Assembly (NCBI RefSeq): GCF_018350175.1
Contig: NC_058368.1
Coordinates: 172,114,001-172,178,000 of the forward strand
Origin: Felis catus
Lineage: Eukaryota
Direction of reading: 5' to 3'
DNA length: 64,000 bases
Shown: piece after piece, positions 39,101 through 51,100 of the stretch
Layout of the letters: the number at the start of each line of letters is the position of its first letter
How positions within the stretch are numbered: position 1 is the first letter of the stretch
Program-made: the position numbers and the translations under genes
The notes under the pieces: model-generated
What the model saw: only the letters and a program-made list of their open reading frames with translations
The model's database searches: none
Told to the model about the DNA's origin: nothing

Positions 39101-42100
39101 TCAAGTGTATCCAGCGGACTAGAGTGCCGTCCATGACACCTTCTTGAGATAACCACCCTATTTCACAACTCACACCTTACCTTAACCCATGACTGAGTTA
39201 TGTATTCCTACGGTATCCACCTACCTCTTGGCATGTATATTGTATTACAATTATTTTCTTTTTTAGGCTGAGTTCCTTAAAGAGCAGTGCTTGCTTTATT
39301 AATTTCTGAAGTCCGTGTGTAGGATGGTACCTGTTACTTATTAATAAGCACACAGTACATATTTGAATGCACTAAATGCATTATTATTGAGATAATTACA
39401 AGTAGTGTAAAGCAAAATAAAGAACAGTAACACAAAGAATATATTTGCCTATTAATATTTTGCCATATTTGATTTATTACATTTGATACATATGTGTGTA
39501 TGGTTTTTATTATTATTGCTGAATAACCTGGGAATAAAATGCAGACATAATGCCCCTTAATCCCTAAATACTTATGCATGTAAATTTTTTTTTAAGATAA
39601 GTGTACTCTTTTTTGGCGGTGGGGGGAGAGAGAGCATGTGTGCATGTGTACGCAAACCAGTGAGGGGCAGAGAGAGAGGGAGAGACAATCCCAAGTGACA
39701 GCCTGATGGCAAGGCTTGATCTCACAAACCATGAGATCATGACCTGAGTTGAGATCAAGACGCTTAATCAACTGAGCCACCCAGGTGCCCCTCTTTTTTT
39801 TTTTTTTTCTTAAAAAAATTTTATGTTTTTAAAATTTTTTAATATTTTTTGAGAGAGAGAGAGAGAACACAAGTAGGGGAGGAGCAGAGAGACAGAACCT
39901 GAAGCAGGCTCCAGGCTCTGGGCTGTCAGCACAAAGCCCAACACGGGGCTCAAACTCACGAACCATTAGATCATGAACCTGAGCTGAAGTAGGGCGCTTA
40001 ACTAACTGAGCCACCCAGGTGCCACTCTTTCTTTTTTTTAAATACCAAATATATACATGCACACCCAGTCTGACATTTCCAGAAGTAGGAAATACAAGTA
40101 ATGTTTCTCCTTTTTCTGTATACCACAGAACATTTTTCAAGTGAGTATATTCACCTTGCTTTTAAGATAAGGAACAAAAGGTTTAGCATACTTAGGAATT
40201 TATAGAAGTGAGGTGTCATGGAGGAGCCTAAGTTGGGAGTCATGGACTATACATGCCTGAGAGAAGGAGAGATGTGCCTTTTTTGAGGAATGCAGAAAGA
40301 TGTACATCGAACTGACAAGAGAAGGCAGAAAGATGAAAGAAATGAGTAGGAATAGCTCCTCTACACCTGGATCTTGCAAGAGATTCAGCCCTGGCCATGT
40401 GTTTTAGTATCTTCTGCCCCACTGGTTGGTTAGGAGATGCTGAAACCAGAGGGAAGGACTTACTACAGTGTAAAAGATCCTCAGTGGACTTTAGACACTG
40501 AGAATCCAAAGCCTTTTTGATTGGGGGGTGAAGTGGAGAAGGACTTCATCAGAGTAACACATGTTATTTGAAGAAGAACTTTAAGGCTAGAAGAGATGAG
40601 TAGTTTTTTTATTTTACACAGAAGCCCAATTTGTTAATCAGAGTAAGTATGGTTTCTTTGGTTGAAGGAAGAGGTAAAGGTTGGATGTAACACCAATTCC
40701 TGAGATGTATGTTCTCCCAGTTCCTCCTCCTCCAGCCCCTGAGGGAAGGCAGTTTTAGAACCATGCGTCTGTCTTTTCACTAGTTTTCAGTTCTTTTGCG
40801 TTTGCCCCCTACTCACACACAAATGAGGTTGTAGCTCTACTTTTGAAATCTGTCCGTAAAAAAAAAAAAAAAAGTTAGTATTAATCACAATTCAGTTTTC
40901 ATGTTTGAAAAATAGTTTTATTTGTATAAGAGTTTTTAGTCTGTAACTTGGTATATGTAGATTCATATGTGCTGTTAATAAAATGATATGTGGTCCCAGC
41001 TTAAGAGTTCTGGGCCCAATTACAATGAGTGTGTGTGGTGATGGAGGTGGGGGTGGCTGTTCTCACACCAACAAGCAATTGACAGACACTGGCTGCGTGT
41101 CCTATAATTCAGCTCAATTCTGAGTTTGTCTGCCTGGATAGAATCAAATCCCACAGGTTAAGGGACTCCTACAAGACTGCCCTTCACTTCAGATGACAGT
41201 CATAAGTCCAGGTTTCTGGACTGTCATCTGAATTTCTGTATTTCTGACCTAGATTGGAGGTTCCAGTGGCCCCCCTCCTTGGGTTCAATTAATTTGCTAG
41301 AATGGCTCTTAGAACTGAGAAAAACTGGTTTATTTAAAAGGATATATAACTTAAGAACAGCCAGATGGAAGAGATGTAGAGGGCAAAGTATGGAAAAAGG
41401 GTGCTCTCTCCTACTGTACCACTCTTCCCAAATCTCCATGTTCATTAACCCAGAAGTCACCGTCCAGTTCCCCACCCCTCGGCCTTTTGGGTTTGTATAG
41501 AGGTGTCTTTGTGTAGGCAGTCTTGATTAAATCACTGGCTGTTGGCTTTTTGAGCTCAATCTCTAGCCTTTCTCTCCTTCCTGGTGATGGGAGGAGGGTG
41601 GGGGTTGAGGGTGGGACTGAAAGTTCCAGTCCTCTGAACTTGGTTGGTTCTCCTGGCAGTCAGCCCCCATCTTTAGGTAGGGGCCAAAAGTTACCTCATT
41701 AACATAACAGAAGACATCCTTGTGGCTTTCATGCTTAGGAGATTCTGAGGGTTTTAGGAGGTTTGTACCAGAAAGGTGATGAAAACCAAATAATACATTT
41801 TTCTTATTGTAAACCGCAGTATCACACATCTTCCTTCATTGAATAGGTGAAGAACTTAGGCTCAGATATATTAAAGGGGTTTATCCATAGTTGAACAGTT
41901 CAATAGAGGCAGAACTAGAACCCTGGAGCATTCTGACTTCTTGCCTAGTGTTTTCATGCCTTTACTTGCCTGGATATTTCTGAGTTTTTGCCTTTGAAGT
42001 AAATTTTAACAAACTGGAGGTCTAACAGCAGCAATTGAAAATCATCATCCAAATTTATTTCCAGGTCTTTGAAGAAACTGGTTTTGATATCAAAGATTAT

Positions 42101-45100
42101 ATTTGTAAGGATGATTACATTGAACTTCGAATCAATGACCAGCTTGCTCGTTTGTACATCATTCCAGGAATTCCAAAAGACACAAAATTTAACCCAAAAA
42201 CCAGAAGAGAAATTCGGGTATGTAACTGAAAGAATTTTCAAGTTGCTAGACAGTATTCAAGTTGCAATTCAATGAAGTAGGAAATTGCTTTTAGAAACTC
42301 CTTGATGATAATTCAATGAATTCTTTTCTTCTGTCTCAGAACATTGAGTGGTTCTCCATTGAGAAATTGCCCTGTCATAGAAATGATATGACTCCAAAAT
42401 CCAAACTTGGTTTGGCACCTAACAAATTCTTTATGGCCATTCCCTTTATCAGGTATGTCCTTGTTTATCAAAATACTAAAGTAATTTTCATAATTCTGAT
42501 AGTTTCTTTACGTAGCCCAGTTTTAAAAGTGAATTCTTAATGTTTCCATAGGCCATTAAGGGACTGGCTTTCTCGGAGATTTGGAGATTCCTCAGACAGT
42601 GACAATGGATTTTCCTCTGTTGGTAGCACACCAGCTAAACCCACTGTGGAAAAATTGAGGTAAAGAAATACATTCATAGGATTCCTACCTCCTGATAGTT
42701 TTCTTTTTTTTCTTAATTTTTATTTATTTTTTGAGAGGGGGAGAGAGAGAAACAGAGCACGAGTGGGGGAGGGGTAGAGAGAGAGAGAGGAAGACACAGA
42801 ATCTGAAACAGGCTCCAGGCTCCAAGCTGTCAGCACAGAGCCTGACATGGGGCTCAAACTCACGGACTGCAAGATCATGACCTGAGCCAAAGTCAAACAC
42901 TTAACCAACTGAGCCACCAAGGTGCCCCTACCTTCTGATAGTGTTTAACACTAACGTATTACTTCCAAAGTTTCCAGAGGTGTTGAATTCTTTTCTGTAG
43001 GTACTATTTTGTTACTAGTCTCATAGATAATAGAAATTTTTTTATAAAGGGTTTTTAATGAGGTGAAAAAGGTTAATTGGAGTTGGAAAGGAGCTTCAGG
43101 CTCATTTTAAAATAGTATACACAAGAGGGTACCACCTTTTTAGATGGATAGAACATGGGGAAAAAAAATCTGTGTGTTTATAGTTACTTCTCTATTCTTA
43201 TATCCTACTTTAAGAGGAAGTTGAATCTGAAGGTGGTTGAATGGAAGATATGTTGAGGTTTGTTTTTGTGTAGGGAGATGAGTGCAGATGAGTAATTTGT
43301 TCAGAAAGATAGAACTGTGAAGACGTGGGGTGGCTTCTCTTCTTTCCAACATAGACTGTTGTACTGCAAAAAGTGACTGTTATGTGGACAGGAACCACAA
43401 AGAAAGAACATTTTCTTGGTTGGAACTTAATTGTATCCAAATCAAAATTACAGAGTAGGCTGAGTAAGGAATTTTGTTAAATAAGCATGTATGTTTGTAA
43501 TAAGCTTGCTAGAACTTTGTTAGGTTCAGAGAGAGTTGCATTTTACATTTTCTTTAATTTAATGTTCTGTTTTCATCCCAGGGCTTCAAAAATTAAACAG
43601 GAGTAACCACATTTATAGTCAATATTTTTAAATACATAGGGAATATTCCGTTTTAGCTGGGTTTTATGAAGACAGGAGTTTGGACTAAATGCCCTGAGAA
43701 TCATTTCTGCCTTTCAGAACCTATGGTTATAATCACCACATTATATACTACTAAAGTAAAACACTGTAGAAAAAGTAGACAGGAGTGTAGGCAAAATTAA
43801 AAAGAGACAAACATGCAACTAAAAAGTTATGAAATAGTGACACTGTTTGGAAAAAAAATTGTATGCTTATTCATGTTTGGGTCCACCATAATGTGTGATA
43901 GGCCTCCCCTATCTTCTAGTCCTAAGCTTTGTGGTCCTGGAAGGTGGAATAAGGACATAATAAAGCAGCTTTAACCAAATTTCAAGTTTCTTAGGCGGGG
44001 ATGGTGTGTTTTTAGCATATAGACTAATGTCTTTGGTGATGTGTTAGAGGAAATACCTGAATTTTGTCTCAAGAAAGTAGGGATGCTGCAATTTTACTAT
44101 AATTAAAAAAAATTTTTTTTAATGTTTATTTATTTTTGAGAGAGAGAGAGACAGAGTGTGAGCCGGGGAGGGGCAGAGAGAGAGGGAGACATAGAATCTT
44201 AGGCATGCTCCAGGCTCTGAGCTGTCAGCACAGAGTCCCAACGCAGGGCTCGAACCCACAAACTGTGAGATTATGACCTGAGCCGAAGTCAGTAACTTAA
44301 CCGACTGAGCCACCCAGGCGCGCCTATTATAATTTTTTAATGGGAAAGGAGAAGAACTCTCAAGTATTCAGAAGCAATCACTGTAATGCAGTTCTTTGGA
44401 TCAGTGACTCTGGACTGTATTATACATGTAAATGGTACTGTAGAATATTGGTTTTTTTTGTTTTTTATTACGGACCAGTGCATGAGTACAACCTTTTACA
44501 ATCAAATTCTTTCATATAAGAATTTGAGACCAGACCTTTATTTAATTTGCTCATCTATTGTCTTCAGCTCCTTAATTTTTTTTTGCCCTAGAATATAGCT
44601 TAAATTTTCAGTTCCTCTTCTACTTCAAATTCCATACTTTAAACATCCTGGTGAGAATGTGAGTTATCTGTCCTATTAAGAAGGAATATCCACTTACATT
44701 TGTTAGTTTCAACTAAATTTGGAATTATTTTCTTGAGATTTTTAAAGGTATGATCAGTTATAGGGGGAGGTAATGTGGTTAATTTAGAAAAGTTTGGGAT
44801 TAAAAATAATACTTAGTTCATTCAAAAAGTAGTGAACACCAGGCCTTCACTGACTGTGTCCTTATGTAAGGTACATCCCAGTGCAGGGAGATGATAAATA
44901 AGAAGGTAAAGTTTGTAATCTGGTGTTAGAAGAACTTTAAGTGAAAATTTTCTGATCTGAATTTTATTTTTTAAATCTTGGTATAGTCGAACCAAATTCC
45001 GCCACAGTCAGCAGTTATTTCCTGAAGGTTCTCCTGGTGACCAGTGGGTGAAACACAGGCAACCACTGCAGCAAAAGCCATATAATAATCATTCTGAAAT

Positions 45101-48100
45101 GTCTGACCTTTTAAAAGCAAAGGTGAGTGATAATACATTTAAAGATTTTTCTAACTTTAGATTTGATTTTGAAATGTATCTGAATCGAAGAACTGCAGAT
45201 TAACAGTTAAAGAGCTCTGAATTGTTGATCAACGATTGCTGCATTCCTGACTTGTGATTTGAAGCACGGCTGAGTCTTCTTAACCTTTACAGTTTTGCTG
45301 TAAATACAGTGTAGTAAGTAATCAGAATTAACATCTGACTTTGGTATATATGCAACCAGTGAAAGGTTTATTGTATTGAATTTAGTGCATGATTATACCA
45401 CACTTTATCCATTCTACTCTTAATAGACATTTTGGATGTTACCTGTTTCAGGCTTTTATAGACAATACTACTGTGAATATTTCTGTACATATCTTTGGAT
45501 GAGCATACACCGTTCTTTTGTGTACATGTAACAAACAGAATTTTTGGATCCCTGGATATACCTGTGTTCTTAAGTATATGCTGCAAACAATATTCTCAAG
45601 TAATTTTATATCCCCAACAAAATATATGAGAGCTTGAGTTGTTCCACATTCTTACTAATTCTTGGTATTATCTGCCTTTATCATTTGAGCTACTCTTGTT
45701 TATTTTCATTCTTTTAAAAAATATTCTGGGTTCATCAAAATTACAAACTTTTTGCATTGAAAAGTACAATTAAAAGTGGTTATAATGTTAAACTTTATGT
45801 ATATAATATCACACTAAAAAAACAGATACCCGGAAGAGCAGGATAAAATTGAATTAAAAGTGTGTGGTAATACGAGTTTCTGAAAGCCTATTTCCTTACC
45901 ATCCTTTTTTTTTTTTTTTTTTTTAATTTTAGTTTTTATTTTTATTGGGAGTATAGTTGACAATGTTACACTAGTTTCAGGTGTACAACATAATGATTCA
46001 ACATCTCTACATGTTATGCTGTGCTTACCACAAGTATAGCTACCATTTGTCACCATACAGCCACCGTACAGCTCCATTACAATGTGATTGGTTATATTCC
46101 CTATGCTTTGCCTTTTATTCTTGTGACTTACTCCATAACTGGAAGCCTGTATCTCCCACTCCCCTTCACCCATTTTGCCCAGCCTGCTACCTCTCTTCCC
46201 TCTGGCAACCATCAGTTTGTTCTCTGTTCCTTATCATTAAGTTAGCTTACTGTTTTCAAGCTATTTTAGGAACTGCTTAATTTTTTCTGTACGTGTTAGA
46301 TAGGATATAAATAAATGTATTTTGGTATATTTTAAAATATAAAATATTTTATTCACACTGTTTTAGTCAGTTCTCTTAACTGTCCTTTCAAAACCTCTAA
46401 GGGCAAATTAATGTTTAAAAACTATTTTGGGGGGCACCTGAGTGGCTCATTCTGTTAAGCATCCAACTTCAGCTCATGATCTCAAGGTTCGTGGGTTTGA
46501 GCCCTGCGTTGGGCTCTGTGCTGACAGCTAGCTTTGGGTTTCGTGTCTCCATCTCTCTCTGCCCTTCTCTTGCTCATGTGTGCTCTTTCTCAAAAATAAA
46601 CATTTAAAAAATTTTAAAAACTTTTTTAAGTTAAACTTAGATATTTTTTGGTAAGAAAATTAACTCATGTTAAAGCACTACGATTGCAAGATGTCATCTA
46701 CTGAATGTTTAGGGTTTAGGTCTAAATTTAGGGATAGTGACCTAAACGTTAAGAATACCAGTCTTGGGGCACCTGGGTGGCTCAGTCGCGTCTGACTCTT
46801 AGTTTCGGCTTAGGTCATGATTTCATGGTTTGTGGGTTAGAGCCCTGTGTCAGGCTCCATGTGGAAGTGCGAAGCCTGCTTGAGATTCTCTCTTTCACTC
46901 TCTCTGCCTCACGGGTGTGTGTGTTCTCTCTCTAAATAAATAAATGAATGAATTTTTAAAAATTCTCTCTTTTTTTCCCTCTCTCTTCTTCTGCTTCTGC
47001 CTTACTTCCATGGACTCTCTCTCTCTAAAAAAGAAAAAAAATACCCCGCTCCCATTTTTTTTTTTTAACTCAGGCATTGTAAACAAAATCTGTAGATAGA
47101 AATGGGATAAGGCAAGATTGCTAGGGACCTTGTATTTGCCATTTCATACCTTTAGAGGAATCTTGGCTTTGTGAAGCACTGTCTTCTATAAGAAAATATT
47201 GATATGGTATGGTTCCCCAGTGTTTTAGGAAAATTTTGGGGGAGGACTTTGATAAATTCCTAATCAACCAGCTAAAAAAAAAATCTTTATTTTGAGCTTT
47301 TTATTTTTTTTAGCGCAGGGCTCAATCTCACAATTGTGAGATCATGACCTGAGCTGAAATCAGGAGTCTGATGCTTAACCAACTGAGCTACCCAGGCATG
47401 CCACCAATCTTTATTTTGTATAAAAGAAATTATTAATTTAAAAATGCTTTTTTGTTTATTAATAATTTAAAGCAGATTTTAGGTAATAGTTGATCACATC
47501 TGCTACATATTTCTTGTCCTGAGAACTGTGGCCAGTGTACCTTAGCATTCCCCTCACAGAGAGGTGTTTTTTGTTTTTTGTGTTTTTTTAAGGCAAAGAT
47601 TGTCAGATTGGATTTAAATGTTTATTTCTGAGAGCGAGCCTGTGTGGGGGAGGGGCAGAGAAAGAGAGGGACAGAGGATCTAAAGCAGGCTCCATTCCGA
47701 CATCAGTGATCCCGATGCAGAACTCAAACTCATGAACTGTGAGATCATGACCTGAGCTGAGGTCTGACACTCAACCAAGCCACCCAGGCATTCCTAGAGA
47801 GGCTTCTTTGACCATTGCTTAAGCTTTCCAAACTTGTTCCTCTCCCTGCTCCCATTCTTTTTTTAACTCATGCATTGTAAACAAAATCTGTAGATAGAAA
47901 TGGGATATGGCAAGAGTGTTAGGGACCTTGTATTTGCCATTTCATACCTTTAGAGGAATCTTGGCTTTGTGAAGCACTGTCTTCTGTAAGAAAATATTGA
48001 TATGGTATGGTTCCCCAGTGTTTTAGGAAAATTTTGAGGGAGGACTTTGCTAAACTCTTAATCAACCAGCTAATTATATATATATATATTTTTTTCCCCA

Positions 48101-51100
48101 CATATTCTTGGTGTTATATTCTTTTGTCTTATTACATTATGCTGTAGATTTATATTTTATTTCTTCTTATTGGAAAAACAGAATCAAAGTATCAGGGGAA
48201 ATGGCAGAAAACAGTATCAGGACTCACCTAATCAAAAGAAAAGAACAAACGGGGTCCACAGCCAGCCAGCCAAGCAGCAGAATCCCTTGATGGTAAGACT
48301 TATAGTTCTAATGCTAAGAAGGCAGCTCACCCCTTTTAGGAGGGGAGCAAGGGCATTGTCAAGGCACGTTGAATTAATATATTGACAGATTTTTGTGGGG
48401 TGAAATTGTGCATTATTTGCTCACTTAAAATATCTGGCTACTCTCAGTTACAGGTTTCTAACATTCAGTTGCACGTCTAATTTTTTATGTAGGTATTTAA
48501 ATATTATTAGTACTATGAAAACAATGCATAGTCAACCCTGCTTTCTAGAAAGAGCAAGTCCTCATCTATTTTTCTGTCTGTATTTTTCTAAATAGAGTCT
48601 GTGTTTTAATAAAGTTAATAGTTAAGAAGAATATCACTGTTTTTTTTTTAAGTTGATAGAATTTAGAAAATTAAAATGTAGCTGGTGCCATAGCCTTTAG
48701 ACTAGGGCTAAAGACAAATAACTGACCATTTTGCTCCAGAAAGTAATTCATAATTAATGGGTCTCCTTGCTTATCCTTTCTGCAAGTCCTGGTATTTGTC
48801 TGTTGAATTTTCTTATAGTTTCATCTACTTTTCTTTTTTTAATAAGTGGGTGAAAATAGTAGTTTTAAGGTTTTAGCAAAAAGTTTTTTACCTGAGTTCC
48901 TAGGTGCTGTTTACCTAACTTGTGTTTTGATTTCACAGGCAAAGACATGTTAAAGATCAGTTTACTTTTAGACTACTTGCCTCTTACTCTTATACTTTTT
49001 TCCTGTCTGATTGACACAGATGAAAAGAGAGCCATTTGTATATTGAGTGTGCTGACAACACTTAAAAATAACCAGTTGGTATAACCTTCTAGAGAGTAGT
49101 CTGATTGTATAGCAAGGCGGAAGAGGTTCTTAAAGTGTTTCCCTAGAAGAAAATTTTAAAGAATGTTCATCCCATTTCTCTTTTTAATAGTAAAAACTTG
49201 GAAATAGTCTATCCAAGAATATAATAGTAAATGTAAATCCTAGAGCTCTGTAGTTGTTAAAGATAATGGTGTGGATTTCTATTTATTCAAAAAAGAATAC
49301 ATTCAGAGTATATTACATTTTAAAAGTAGGTTATAGAGTAGTCTTATGTACTGAATAATTCCACTTAATTCGTAGTAATTATACATGGATTCACAGTGTC
49401 TTCATAGAGAAAAAGCTAGAAAAATACACTGAAATGTTGAGAGTAATTCTCAGGGTTCAGAAAATTAATGAATAATTTTCTTTTTCCTGGTGTTTTTAAA
49501 TTTTACATGTTATCAACTAAAAAAAAGTTTTAGGCTTAAAATAAAAATACAAGTACGAGACTAGGGATGATGATTATATTCCTGGTTTAATTTTCTTCCT
49601 GATAAATTTGATAATACGCCTCCTCATTTATATTAAGTGAAATGACTACGGAGGGTATGTTGTGTTTGTGTTTTTCTTAATAGAAATGTGAAAAAAAACT
49701 TCATCCACGAAAACTTCAGGATAATTTCGAAACAGGCAAGTCATTTTCTTTTTAAAATCTCTGGTGGGATTTGGTTTGGTTTTGACCTAACCTTGATTTT
49801 AGTCAAGAGTGTAATGGACTATGGTAGATGAATAGGAAGAATTGCACATGATCTGTAGAGAGTTCAGGTATGTGGTCACGTTCTCTAAATAGGAAACTGA
49901 CTAAATTGAACTTATTTAAATGATCAAGATGAAACGATTTTCCCTTTCAGTGTGCTATTTTTGTGTGTGAATGTCAAACTGTGCTATCCATGAATATTGT
50001 AAGTAAATACTAGTTAGAGGGGGGTAGAACCTAGTATTGTAGAAGTGAGGAGACTTCATTCTCATATATGTTAAGAGGAGCACTTATTTCGGAAGGAGAT
50101 TATTTCCCACTTTTAGGAGGTAATGAGCAACTTTAAGGTGGTACCTATGGATAGCATTTATTAAAGTAACATTTGCAACGTCTCGATTCTCAGTTGTAAA
50201 GAGTAGGTGTGTGATCTGATTTGGAAAGTAATGTTGATGAATGTAGAAAGCTCTTTGGTAATACTGATTTAATAGATTTGAAAGTGCAGTAGACTGTTTT
50301 TTGTTTTTGTTTTTGAGAGAGAGCATGCACATGTGAGTGGGGGGGGGGATAGATAGAGGGAGAGAGAGATCCCAAGCAGGCTCTGCGCTCAGTGCAGAGA
50401 GAGCCTGACACGGGGCTCGATATCACAACCTTGAGATCATGACCTGAGCTGAAATCAGAGTTGGATGTTTAACCAACTGAGCCACCCAGGCAAGCTCCTC
50501 TACACTGTTTTTTCATATATGCTGTTTTGAATTATTTGAAATCTCTGTGCAATAGATGTGCATTTATTTATTATTTTTGAGAGAGAGAGAGCACACAAGC
50601 AGGGAGGGGCAGGGAGAGAGAGGGAGACACAGAATCGGAAGCAGGCTCCAGGTTCTGGGCGGTCAGCGCAGAACCTGATGAGGGGCTTGAACCCACAAAC
50701 TGTGAGATCATGACCTCAGCCAAAACCAAGAGTCGGGACGCTCAACCGAGCTACCCAGGGGCCCCTATTCACCATTTCAATTTAAGGCTTTCATATAGAA
50801 AAGCCTAAGAAATAAGAACCATTATAGTCATATTTTTTTGTAATACTGTTTATGATTTGAGCAAGATAAACACTATTTTAAAAGGGATGCTTTAATCCTA
50901 TTTTGGAAAGTTAACTGTGAAGTAATAGGAACTATCAGTAGTTTGGTATATATAAGTTGTGAGGGTAAAAGTACCCTTAGGATTTTTCTGGCCATGTTGG
51001 GTGGTTGGGGACATGATAGACTGATAGTTTAAGGTAAATTCAGGAGTCAGTTACTTCACAAAATATTTAAAAAGCCTTATGTTCGGGAAGAAGGCATTAA

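Noticed and set aside
42453..42551. Intron 6 donor GTATGTCCTT as a second U12 intron
   Set aside because: Does not match RTATCCTT, and the 3' end lacks a TCCTTAAC branch site; an ordinary short U2 intron.
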